From positions 1 to 44,395 of IMG/VR virus record IMGVR_UViG_3300025038_000008: a DNA stretch of 44,395 nt; one strand, given 5' to 3'. A program made the position numbers and the translations under genes. The DNA comes from a virus (taxonomy: Duplodnaviria > Caudoviricetes). A model generated the notes under the pieces. It was not told the origin of the DNA and searched no databases. It worked only from the letters and a program-made list of their open reading frames with translations. How positions within the stretch are numbered: the stretch's first letter is position 1; every line of letters starts with the position of its first letter. Positions 1 to 8,402 of this stretch are shown here, in pieces.

Positions 1-1
1 T

Positions 2-247
2 AGCTATGCATTAACAGATGAAGAAAGCTTAGACGGGGTGATTTTGTCCGATAATAGCGTTGCCATCAGCTTTCGTAACTTTTTACTATCGAGCGCAGGA
101 CAGGATATATTAAAAAAATACGATTATGATAATATCGATGGCTATAAAAACAGCGTAGATGATTTATTTAATCCAACGTCACGCGCCAAACAAGCCTCAG
201 GTGAAAACCCCGTAGACGTCGCCGACGCGCTCAGTAATGGCAAATAA
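2..247 (+). CDS. 5'-truncated host gene, C-terminus of a probable ABC-transporter substrate-binding (ModA-like) protein
   Basis: Frame is open from position 2 to TAA at 245-247; FRNFLLSSAGQDILKKYDY resembles the C-terminal helix of ModA-type binding proteins; lies outside attL. Confidence 0.5.
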   Translation, partial: SYALTDEESLDGVILSDNSVAISFRNFLLSSAGQDILKKYDYDNIDGYKNSVDDLFNPTSRAKQASGENPVDVADALSNGK

Positions 248-276
248 AGATAATCTGTCTATTTGTAGATTGCTCA

Positions 277-305
277 TTGCTTTTGGCGCGGCTTTTTTCT
301 ACAAT
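277..305 (+). promoter_or_regulatory. sigma70 promoter of the tRNA gene
   Basis: TTGCTT (277-282), 17 nt, TACAAT (300-305), just upstream of the tRNA. Confidence 0.6.
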
Positions 306-318
306 GTCTCTCCACAAC

Positions 319-394
319 GCGCCTATAGCTCAACAGGATAGAGCAGTTGCCTCCTAAGCGACCGATCCGAGTTCGAGTCTTGGTGGGCGCGCCA
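319..394 (+). tRNA. tRNA-Arg (anticodon CCT); prophage integration target
   Basis: Acceptor GCGCCTA/TGGGCGC, anticodon arm GTTGC-CTCCTAA-GCGAC, T arm CCGAG-TTCGAGT-CTTGG, encoded 3' CCA. Confidence 0.95.
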
Positions 395-395
395 A
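381..395 (+). repeat. attL core (3' end of tRNA-Arg)
   Basis: TGGTGGGCGCGCCAA identical to 44230-44244. Confidence 0.93.
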
Positions 396-418
396 CAAAT
401 ATAACGACATTACACGAT

Positions 419-453
419 AAACCCTTGTAAGCCACGAGCTGCAAGGGTTTTTT
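419..453 (+). terminator. Intrinsic terminator downstream of the tRNA (phage-supplied)
   Basis: AAACCCTTG...CAAGGGTTT stem followed by a T-tract. Confidence 0.75.
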
Positions 454-505
454 ATTATTTAATACCCGATAGTCACCGATTAACAGCAGTATCTGCTACT
501 TGTAC

Positions 506-565
506 ACGGTAAAAATAACGGTATTATAGACGGTAATCATCGATACCGCCAAATAGGATACCGTC
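506..565. promoter_or_regulatory. Probable integrase arm-type sites, left arm
   Basis: ACGGTA at 506, 518 and 530 (12-bp period) plus inverted GATACCG at 542 and GATACCGTC at 557; same motif as the GACGGTATCG repeats near attR. Confidence 0.7.
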
Positions 566-568
566 AAA

Positions 569-1780
569 ATGGCAAAAATAATAAAACCATTGACTGATTC
601 ACAGGTCAAACAAGCCAAGCCGAAAGATAAGCCTTACAAACTGGCAGATGGTGGGCGTCTTTATTTATATGTTAGCAAACTCGGTGCTAAGTCATGGCGA
701 ATGGATTACGTGCGCCCGATTAGTAAAAAGCGAGCTACTATTACATTGGGCCTTTATCCTGACGTGTCACTAGCCCAGGCGCGTGAGCAGCGCAAACAGA
801 TACGGACTATGTTAGCTGACGGTATTGATCCACAGCAGCAAAAGATTGATGCCGAACGTGAGCAAGAGCTATTATCTAACAACACGTTTGCAGCGGTAGC
901 AGCGGACTATATGAGCCGTAAGCGTAATGTCAGCGCCGCTACTATTACTAATAATAATAGACAGCTTAAACGGCTAAATAAGCACATTGGCGATATGCCG
1001 ATAACTGACATTAAACCGATTGACGTATTGAAGGCGTGTAGGACCGCAGAGGCGCAAGGTTATTATGAGACAGCTATTAAAATGCGGACCATCGCAGGCC
1101 AAGTATTTAGGTATGGAGTCCAAACTGCTAGGTGTGAGCGTGACGTAACTCAAGACCTGATAGGCGCATTACAGGCCCCGACAACAAAACACCATCCTGC
1201 TATTACGAACCCAAAGGAACTAGGGCGACTGTTATGTGCTATTGATACTTATGATGGTAGCTTTGAAGTCTGCACAGCAATTAAACTGATGCCGATGCTT
1301 TTTGTGCGTAGTGGCGAACTGCGTTATGCGATATGGGATGACTTCGACCTCGACGCGGGTACTTGGACCTTTACGCCTCGTAAGACGCAAAGACGGACCG
1401 GACTATCATTAATAGTACCACTGCCAACACAGGCTATTGAGCTGATCCGTGAGCTATCACTACACGCTCGCAGTAAATACTTATTTCCTGCTGTCCATAC
1501 CACGGTCCAACCAATGAGCGAAAACACAATGAACCAAGCATTGAAGCGCCTTGGTTATGATGGGACCAAGCAAACAGTCCACGGTTTTAGGGCCACAGCT
1601 CGGACACTGATTGTGGAGAAACTAAAATACCCTGAGAACTTAGTAGAGATGCAACTGGGACATAATGTTAGGGATATGCACGGGCGTGCCTATAATAGAA
1701 CGGTTTTTTTAGACGAACGCCGTGACATGATGCAGCACTGGGCAGATTATTTAGATACTTTAAAAACAGATACCGATTAA
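569..1780 (+). CDS. int: P4-family tyrosine integrase with N-terminal arm-binding domain
   Basis: N-terminal LTDSQVKQAKPKDKPYKLADGGRLYL...LGLYPDVSLAQAR; catalytic R (VRSGEL), HGFR, LGH and Y (RAYNR). Confidence 0.95.
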   Translation: MAKIIKPLTDSQVKQAKPKDKPYKLADGGRLYLYVSKLGAKSWRMDYVRPISKKRATITLGLYPDVSLAQAREQRKQIRTMLADGIDPQQQKIDAEREQELLSNNTFAAVAADYMSRKRNVSAATITNNNRQLKRLNKHIGDMPITDIKPIDVLKACRTAEAQGYYETAIKMRTIAGQVFRYGVQTARCERDVTQDLIGALQAPTTKHHPAITNPKELGRLLCAIDTYDGSFEVCTAIKLMPMLFVRSGELRYAIWDDFDLDAGTWTFTPRKTQRRTGLSLIVPLPTQAIELIRELSLHARSKYLFPAVHTTVQPMSENTMNQALKRLGYDGTKQTVHGFRATARTLIVEKLKYPENLVEMQLGHNVRDMHGRAYNRTVFLDERRDMMQHWADYLDTLKTDTD

Positions 1781-1790
1781 TGCTCGGTAG

Positions 1791-1877
1791 TTAGATTTTA
1801 GACATTGAGGTGTAAATTTAGACATTTTTTACCCATATTAGACATTTATGGGTAGATTTTAGACATTATTACACCTC
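1791..1877. repeat. Array of four TTAGACATT direct repeats with spacers that form nested inverted repeats
   Basis: Repeats at 1798, 1818, 1838, 1859; GAGGTGTAA(1807-1815)/TTACACCTC(1869-1877) and TACCCATA(1830-1837)/TATGGGTA(1847-1854). Confidence 0.85.
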
Positions 1878-1881
1878 GATG

Positions 1882-1907
1882 TAGCTAAACCTAGCTAAGT
1901 GTAGCTA
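1882..1907. repeat. Three palindromic TAGCTA hexamers at 10-bp period
   Basis: TAGCTA at 1882, 1892, 1902. Confidence 0.6.
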
Positions 1908-2486
1908 TTTCGGATATTTTGACCACGGCAACTGGTAATGCGGCCCATCTTTAAATGTTTTCCATCTAGCGCCGGCCTCGACAGAAACACCTAGCTCCTT
2001 AGCTGCTTTTTCCATAGCTTCGACAATCGGCCAGTAATAATTCCAATCCCATGTCACTTTGCCGTTTTCATCGAGCGCAAACAAATCGACAGCGTGGCCG
2101 GTTAAGTGGCGGCTATTCATCGTCTTAGTAGCACCTTTGCGATAAAGCTCTTTTTGTCGTGTGATTGGGCGCAAGCCCTCGCCTACGCTAAAATCAATCG
2201 GCGTGATCTCAATCGCTCGCTTAACGACTTTGACCAAATCAGGATGCAAGCCGTCAAGCCGCGCCAGTGATTTTGCTGATAGCTTATACTTACCTGTCGG
2301 CTCCACTGGCTTATCCTCATCGTTTACCGCATCGTCCTCGCTATGCGCTTTACAGTGTGCCGCTGCCTCAGCCATGGCGTAAAATCCCGCGTGTGACTGA
2401 TTGCCCCAGTTGCCATCTACCAAGCCGTCATAAAAACCGTTATGCTTCATCGTGGCTTGTAAGTTTTTGATTGTAGATTCCTGCAT
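1905..2486 (-). CDS. Endolysin, M15-family (L-Ala-D-Glu-type) peptidase with N-terminal peptidoglycan-binding-like segment
   Basis: SRHLTGHAVD and DGPHYQL zinc motifs; N-terminal LQ..MKHNGFYDGLVDGNWG resembles PG_binding_1. Confidence 0.9.
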   Translation of the reverse strand: MQESTIKNLQATMKHNGFYDGLVDGNWGNQSHAGFYAMAEAAAHCKAHSEDDAVNDEDKPVEPTGKYKLSAKSLARLDGLHPDLVKVVKRAIEITPIDFSVGEGLRPITRQKELYRKGATKTMNSRHLTGHAVDLFALDENGKVTWDWNYYWPIVEAMEKAAKELGVSVEAGARWKTFKDGPHYQLPWSKYPK

Positions 2487-2498
2487 TTATTCAGCTCC

Positions 2499-2521
2499 AA
2501 AAAAAACCCCAATTAAGGGGC
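2499..2521 (-). terminator. Intrinsic terminator upstream of the endolysin
   Basis: CCCC/GGGG stem with 8-nt U-tract on the minus strand. Confidence 0.55.
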
Positions 2522-2524
2522 GGA

Positions 2525-2866
2525 TTAGTCTTTATATTGTTTGCGGTGCTGCATATATGCTGTGTATCTCGTCATCAGTAGTAGTAGTAGCACCCATGCG
2601 ACCGACCACAGCACACGCGCTGTCGTGTAGCCCCATGAGCCAGTCCATACATCATCGTCAGCCAGCCACGGCGGGTATCGCGTAACCGCTGCAAACGATA
2701 GCAGGGCAAACACCGACCAGCCCAGCGAGCCGATAAAGATAATCATGCTTTCTAAAATTGGTGTGTATGCCTTTCGGTTTAAAACATCCATCTTGCTTAC
2801 TAATACCATTAATCCTGCAACCGTGGCCGCAAAACTAACGATAAAATCAACGTAAATCGGTATCAT
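2525..2866 (-). CDS. Membrane protein (about 3 TM) of the lysis cassette, holin/antiholin-like
   Basis: Three hydrophobic segments, basic C-terminus; GGAGG RBS before ATG at 2866; next to the endolysin. Confidence 0.6.
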   Translation of the reverse strand: MIPIYVDFIVSFAATVAGLMVLVSKMDVLNRKAYTPILESMIIFIGSLGWSVFALLSFAAVTRYPPWLADDDVWTGSWGYTTARVLWSVAWVLLLLLMTRYTAYMQHRKQYKD

Positions 2867-3341
2867 CTTGTGACCTCCGCTTGTAGTCCTTGTCAATGGG
2901 GAACCTATTGTCTATCGTGTGACGACTCACGCGATTAAACCAGCCGTTTAGCCTATCCTGATTGCTCAGATAGACCAATGCGCCAGCACCGATGGGCGCA
3001 CTAAATAGCGACGCGCAAAACGCCCAAAACGTCAAAGCACCTTTAGGCGGCTCGGAGCCGCTAGCAATTAGCGAGCATAGAGCCACACCGCTAAATAGCC
3101 CTAGCACGATTTTGGCAAACATCGGCGCATAGAATTTATTGTCTATGTCCTCAATGCGGACAAACGACGCACAGATACCGCCCGCTAAGCTAAACACCCA
3201 CACGCCGAGCCACGAAAACAAAAAAGGGGCGCTAAAATTGCGCCCCTGCATTACGATTGCTGCGTGTACCGATAGTGGGTATGATGCGACCATGGCAATG
3301 AGACACGCCCACCATAGCCGCGATATGTTGATTTTTGGCAT
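2847..3341 (-). CDS. Putative holin (multi-TM membrane protein)
   Basis: About four hydrophobic segments, charged C-terminal tail, first gene of the lysis cassette. Confidence 0.6.
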   Translation of the reverse strand: MPKINISRLWWACLIAMVASYPLSVHAAIVMQGRNFSAPFLFSWLGVWVFSLAGGICASFVRIEDIDNKFYAPMFAKIVLGLFSGVALCSLIASGSEPPKGALTFWAFCASLFSAPIGAGALVYLSNQDRLNGWFNRVSRHTIDNRFPIDKDYKRRSQDDTDLR

Positions 3342-3366
3342 TGTCTCCCCTCAAATTTTAGATAAT

Positions 3367-3390
3367 AAAAAACCGCCCAAATGGACGGCT
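3367..3390 (-). terminator. Intrinsic terminator after tape measure gene
   Basis: Minus strand CCGTCC-ATTT-GGGCGG followed by TTTTTT. Confidence 0.75.
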
Positions 3391-6300
3391 AGTAACCTGC
3401 AATCGCTTTGCTGTCTTGCAGTTGTTGCAGTAGCGCCATTAAAGCGCTCTCTTGATTTTCGGGCATCTCTGTTGATACCTCTTTGCCATTGAATGAAAGG
3501 TCAAGCTTGATAGTCTTGACTGGACCACCACCCTTACTCGCATCAAAGTTTGGCGCCTTGCTAAGATTGGCCACAGCGTCAAGCGCCGATTGTGGTAGCT
3601 GCGCTTGTGGCACGTAACCACCCGCGTTCCTTAGTGCATCAGCCGCTCTCTGCACTAAAAGCTGCTGTTCTTCCAATGCTTGGCCGGACAAGCCATTTGC
3701 TTTCTCTCGTTCAAGCTCAGCTTGCCTGTATTTGTAATACATTTCAGCGCGTCTTTTTTCTTCCTCTCTGATGTCGCTAGCGCTAGGGCGGTTACTGTTG
3801 TTCTGATTATCACTGTAATCACTATCACTGCTTGAGGTATCATCTCGACGACTAGCTATGTCTTTACGCCATTCCTCCTTCTTCATGCGGCGTTCCCAGC
3901 CTTCCACAAACTCATCAGCCATCTGATTAGCTTGCATCGCATTAGTTAGGCCGTATTTATAAGGGTCTCTTAGGTGTCCATCAGCATTGGCCATTCTACT
4001 GGCTTGCGACCGCAATCTGTTACGGTCGCTGTTAGTTAATGACGACTCACTTAACCCAAGGCGCTGTAGCAATGATTCAAACGCATTTTCCTCAGTGTAA
4101 CTAACCGCCCTTATTACATCGCCCTTGGTGTTTAGCGCCCGACCTTGATCGTCAACCGTTTTCCTGAGTTTTTTAAACTCTTTTGTTGCGTCCCTTGCAG
4201 ACTTGACCATGCGCTTACCTGCGTCATCAGCCGTATCGCCTAAGTTGCGTACTCCTGCCGCTGCATCGTCCGCAGCAGGTCTAACGGTGCGTATCGCTCC
4301 AGATGCCTTTTCCATACTATTAAACGTCACGCGCCCTGTCTCATCGACTGCGATAGTTAAGCCGCGCTGCGCTGCCTCTGTTTTTAGCTGTGCTGTTACT
4401 ACATCACCATTGGCTGCTACTGCTGCTTTAGCGTATTTTTTAAAACCGTCGATTAGCTGACCTGCTGTTGCCTCACCGTCTTTAACAATGATGCCGTAAG
4501 CCTGCGTGTAAGCCTCAGCTTGTTTTGCTGCCTCTGCGCGTGTCGTCAGTCCTAAAACCTTGTAAGCCTCATTGACCGAGTTTACGCCGTCAGTTAAGGC
4601 ATCTAGTCGCTCGTTAGCAAGGTCAAGACCAGCCGCCAAGTCCTCACCTGTTAGCTGTCCTTGCTCGCCTAAATCCTCCCACATAACGATGATGTCGTTT
4701 AGCTCTGTGGTGTTTTTGGCTTGCTCGGTCATCTTGGTAAGCGCGGCCTTTAGCACATCGCCTGTCTGATAACCTGAGTCAGTGAGCACATCAAAGCTAT
4801 CTGATAGCTCCAGCACGGACGCCTTAGCATCGGCATAGCCTTGTGTGATGCCCACGCTTAATGAGTTGGCCAGTTCTCGATATGTTGCGTCAAGCGCTTT
4901 AGCGTTTTGCTCGGCGGCTGTCGATGCCTGCTCCTCGCTGCTCATTTTCTCAATGATCGCTTTGCCAGTCTCATCAATAGCGACTTTAAGACCGCGCTCT
5001 GCTGCTTCGACTTGTAGCGCCGCTAGCGCTTGCTCGCCATACGCCGCTATTTGAGCCGTTGCCATTTCAGCAAACGCACCCTCTTGCGCCTCTGCGGACG
5101 CATTAGCATCGTTTTTCATCGAGTCGTAAGCATCGGTGGCGGCTTTTGCTGCTGCGCCCAGCCTGTCTTGCGCTGTCATTGCTGCATCATCTAGCGCAGC
5201 TTTTGCTGATGACTCAAAGCTCATTGCGGCATTGGTGGCGTTATCAAACGCTTTTGTCGCTTGATTATCCAAACGGTCTGCAAAATCGGTCAGTGATTGT
5301 GCCAGCTCGCCAAACGTGAGTTTAGACAGCCCGCGCATCATCATTGCAAGCCAAGTTGCGGTCACGCTTTGCACCAAATCGCCCGCGATAGCGATTGTTT
5401 TAAATCCGTCATTAATAGCGCCTAGCACGATGCTCACGCCCTGCAATGTGCGCGTGATGATACCGACTTGCTCGGTCGCTTCGCCTGTTGTATTGGTAAG
5501 CACACCTATCCAGTCGTTTATGCCTGTATAAGTATTGACAATGCGCTCCCACAGTATGCCGAGCGTGGTCATGAGCTGGTTAAATACTTGATTGACAGCA
5601 TCGACGGTTGCCGGATCAAGATTTTCTAAACTATCGCCTATCATGTCGATAGCCTCAGCCAGTTTTGACGACTGATTGACAGACTTATCCATCTCACCGA
5701 TAAATAAAAATATCTTGTTTTTGGCTTCCTGAAGCGCGTTGCCAACCGTGTTCGGTAGCGTGCCAAACTCCTTGCCGATAGCTTCGCCTTGCGACTGTAT
5801 CGCATTAATAACCACTTCTGACGTTAATTGACCATCTTGTGCTAATGCTCGCAGCTCACCACGAGTTACGCCCAAACCATCTGCCATTGCTTGAGCCAAG
5901 CGCGGTGCTTGCTCCATGATGCTATTAAATTCCTCGCCGCGTACTACACCTGATTGTAAGCCTTGTATGAGCTGCGTGATTGCAGCATCAGCAGCGTCAG
6001 CACTACCACCTGATAGCTTGATTGCCTCGTTAATGGTTTTTGTAACACCTAGCACCTCGGATTGAGCAAGCCCCAGCGCCTCGGCAGACTGCGTGATACG
6101 TGCAAATAATTCGCCCGTGTTTTCTACGCTACTAAATGTCTCGTTAGCAATCTGCTTGACGCCATCAAAACCAGTAATAAACGCCGCACCCTCGCCCGTA
6201 GCGAGCTTAATACGCGCCTCAAGCGTTTTAAATGCGTCCGATGTATCAATAATCTCAGCAATGCCGATACCAAGACCAGCAGCGGCAAGCATGCCTTGCA

Positions 6301-7078
6301 AGCTACCCATGGCGCTACGAACACCGTTAATACCGCCAGTGAAGCGCTGTGAGCCTTGACTAACCCTGTTTTGCGTATCATCAAGACCGTTTAGCTCAGC
6401 CTCAAGTCGTCTGATCTGCTCTTGTGTTGCCCGTGTAACGCGCTCAATCTCAGCAGCAGGACGACCACTGTTGTTAGTAAAATCAGTCAATGCTCGGTTG
6501 AGCTGGTTAATCTCACCGCGTATGGTTTCAGGCACCCGCACATTAGCCATGCGATAAATTGAGTTACGCGCCCCATCTGCTGTATTAGACGCTCTATTCA
6601 TCGCGCCTGACAGCTCATTGGCAAGACTAACGCTGGCACTACGCGCCTGATTTAACTCTTGCTCTAGTCTATCGATATTGGCCGCAGCCGCTTCAATATC
6701 AGCGGGGCTTGCGTTGGTTTGGCTCAATCGTAGCGCCTCTGACCGCGCAACCTCTAATTGACGACCTAATCGCGTGACCTGCAATGCAGACGCTTCCATC
6801 GCTGCTGCGACTTGCTCACCTGACAGGTTAGCACCCGCGCCCATTTGTCTTAACTGGTCAGCCGTTGCGCGTATCTCAGCCGTCAATCTGTCTGAGCTTA
6901 CGTTGCCAAGCTCAGCAAGCATCGTAGTAGCTCGCTCGGTATCAGTATTCATCTGCTGCACATTGCGCTGCACCGACTGCGCGTATTGCGTAAATCTGTC
7001 ACGCGCTTGGTTGATGCCGTTATTAAATTGCTCATTGAGCACGCGTAGCTGTACGCTAAAATCTAAATCTCCTGCCAT
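3389..7078 (-). CDS. Tail tape measure protein
   Basis: ~1230 aa, Ala/Gln-rich helical; tape-measure domain motif AAITQLIQGLQSGVVRGEEFNSIMEQAPRLA; start at 7078 after GAGGTG RBS. Confidence 0.92.
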   Translation of the reverse strand: MAGDLDFSVQLRVLNEQFNNGINQARDRFTQYAQSVQRNVQQMNTDTERATTMLAELGNVSSDRLTAEIRATADQLRQMGAGANLSGEQVAAAMEASALQVTRLGRQLEVARSEALRLSQTNASPADIEAAAANIDRLEQELNQARSASVSLANELSGAMNRASNTADGARNSIYRMANVRVPETIRGEINQLNRALTDFTNNSGRPAAEIERVTRATQEQIRRLEAELNGLDDTQNRVSQGSQRFTGGINGVRSAMGSLQGMLAAAGLGIGIAEIIDTSDAFKTLEARIKLATGEGAAFITGFDGVKQIANETFSSVENTGELFARITQSAEALGLAQSEVLGVTKTINEAIKLSGGSADAADAAITQLIQGLQSGVVRGEEFNSIMEQAPRLAQAMADGLGVTRGELRALAQDGQLTSEVVINAIQSQGEAIGKEFGTLPNTVGNALQEAKNKIFLFIGEMDKSVNQSSKLAEAIDMIGDSLENLDPATVDAVNQVFNQLMTTLGILWERIVNTYTGINDWIGVLTNTTGEATEQVGIITRTLQGVSIVLGAINDGFKTIAIAGDLVQSVTATWLAMMMRGLSKLTFGELAQSLTDFADRLDNQATKAFDNATNAAMSFESSAKAALDDAAMTAQDRLGAAAKAATDAYDSMKNDANASAEAQEGAFAEMATAQIAAYGEQALAALQVEAAERGLKVAIDETGKAIIEKMSSEEQASTAAEQNAKALDATYRELANSLSVGITQGYADAKASVLELSDSFDVLTDSGYQTGDVLKAALTKMTEQAKNTTELNDIIVMWEDLGEQGQLTGEDLAAGLDLANERLDALTDGVNSVNEAYKVLGLTTRAEAAKQAEAYTQAYGIIVKDGEATAGQLIDGFKKYAKAAVAANGDVVTAQLKTEAAQRGLTIAVDETGRVTFNSMEKASGAIRTVRPAADDAAAGVRNLGDTADDAGKRMVKSARDATKEFKKLRKTVDDQGRALNTKGDVIRAVSYTEENAFESLLQRLGLSESSLTNSDRNRLRSQASRMANADGHLRDPYKYGLTNAMQANQMADEFVEGWERRMKKEEWRKDIASRRDDTSSSDSDYSDNQNNSNRPSASDIREEEKRRAEMYYKYRQAELEREKANGLSGQALEEQQLLVQRAADALRNAGGYVPQAQLPQSALDAVANLSKAPNFDASKGGGPVKTIKLDLSFNGKEVSTEMPENQESALMALLQQLQDSKAIAGY

Positions 7079-7103
7079 GTGGCGCACCTCAAATTGTGGG
7101 CAT

Positions 7104-7133
7104 AAAAAAAAGCCCACTAATCAAAGTGAGCTT
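7104..7133 (-). terminator. Intrinsic terminator after the moron genes
   Basis: Minus strand AGCTCACT...AGTGGGCT followed by a long T-tract. Confidence 0.7.
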
Positions 7134-7161
7134 GTTGGGTTGTTTGTTTAGCTATGTATTG

Positions 7162-7764
7162 TTAATCAGTGCATTTCTTGATGATCTCAAAATACTTAGC
7201 GTGTGCTTCGTATTTATCAATCATATCTTTTGTGATGTCAGCTTTTGCATCGCTCATAAATTTAATATAACCAAGTATCTCTGCGTCCATACCTACTAGC
7301 ATATTGGCTTGTGCCCTAGTTAGACAAGGCGTTACTGTTAGCTTTTCAGCTTCCCGCCTTATCGATTGCAAGTCTTTAACGGCGGAAGATAGCGCAATTC
7401 TAGCAGTGCTACCAGCGACAATACTAGCGTCGCTCCAGCGGCGCATTATTTCATCAAGTTTGGCTCTATCCTCTTTTTCTATATCAATGCTTGTGTATTG
7501 GGTATCTAACTGAAGCTCAGCTTCTTTATCAGCTATTATTTTCTGAGCTTTCTCTGGCATTGCTTCTAACTCGACACGACTTTGCTCAGCCTTTGCTTTA
7601 TTCGCCTTCTCAATTTCCGCCTGAGCAATGCTAGCGCGCATAGCCTCGGTTTCGGCCATACGTGCAGCGCGAGCTTTTTCTGACTGTGCGCTACTATAGT
7701 AGTTGTAGCCAATAATCGCCAATAATACCAAAGCCGCAGCAACGACTATCTTTTTAATATCCAC
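7162..7764 (-). CDS. Hypothetical membrane-anchored helical protein (moron)
   Basis: N-terminal KKIVVAAALVLLAIIGY anchor, coiled-coil linker, two Cys in C-terminal domain. Confidence 0.7.
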   Translation of the reverse strand: MDIKKIVVAAALVLLAIIGYNYYSSAQSEKARAARMAETEAMRASIAQAEIEKANKAKAEQSRVELEAMPEKAQKIIADKEAELQLDTQYTSIDIEKEDRAKLDEIMRRWSDASIVAGSTARIALSSAVKDLQSIRREAEKLTVTPCLTRAQANMLVGMDAEILGYIKFMSDAKADITKDMIDKYEAHAKYFEIIKKCTD

Positions 7765-7768
7765 ATCA

Positions 7769-8347
7769 TTACTCGCTTATAAATTTCATTTTAGTCGCAT
7801 CATAACCTCTAAGATTAAACTCAGACCCAAACTCTTTACTTAAACCCACAATAGGTAGATAAATAGTAGCTCTATTAGATTGCGTAGTTTTGTCAAACAG
7901 CTCAGATGCCACCTCATCGCTTGACGGAGTTAACACGCCTTCGCTACTCTGCAAAAAGCTATAAGTTGTTGTGTTGCTATTAAACTTAATTTTTATATTG
8001 CAACCTGGCGTACACTTAACTTCTTCAGGTGCAAAAATCAGAAATCTTTTTGAGATACTACCATCAAATGACTTCCTCTTTTCTAACTCAAGCCATGAGC
8101 GCTGCTTAAGATTTGGATATTTTGGCACAGTATAGGTATTAGTAGCATAAATACTGGCAGATAATGAAAAAACACCATCCTCATTACTAACGCTACGATA
8201 CTTCCAGTCGCCTTTGTCCGTAGGAAAGGTGCCGCCCGCGCCGATCGTACCACCATTGCCGTCGCTTACCTGTGGCGGTAAACTGTCATAACCGCCGCCA
8301 CAACCGCCCAGCGCCAAGGCCAAGCCTACCGCTAACAGTTTTTTCAT
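7769..8347 (-). CDS. Putative lipoprotein (moron)
   Basis: MKKLLAVGLALALGGC signal peptide II/lipobox, Gly-rich tether, CxxxC motif. Confidence 0.75.
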   Translation of the reverse strand: MKKLLAVGLALALGGCGGGYDSLPPQVSDGNGGTIGAGGTFPTDKGDWKYRSVSNEDGVFSLSASIYATNTYTVPKYPNLKQRSWLELEKRKSFDGSISKRFLIFAPEEVKCTPGCNIKIKFNSNTTTYSFLQSSEGVLTPSSDEVASELFDKTTQSNRATIYLPIVGLSKEFGSEFNLRGYDATKMKFISE

Positions 8348-8402
8348 ACCTAATCACCCAAAATAGTATTTACTCAATTTTAGTTGATTGAGCAATGTTA
8401 CG

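Noticed and set aside
1791-1877. Mini CRISPR array or type III antitoxin repeat
   Set aside because: Repeats are only 9 nt, spacers 11-12 nt and mutually complementary, and no cas or toxin gene is adjacent
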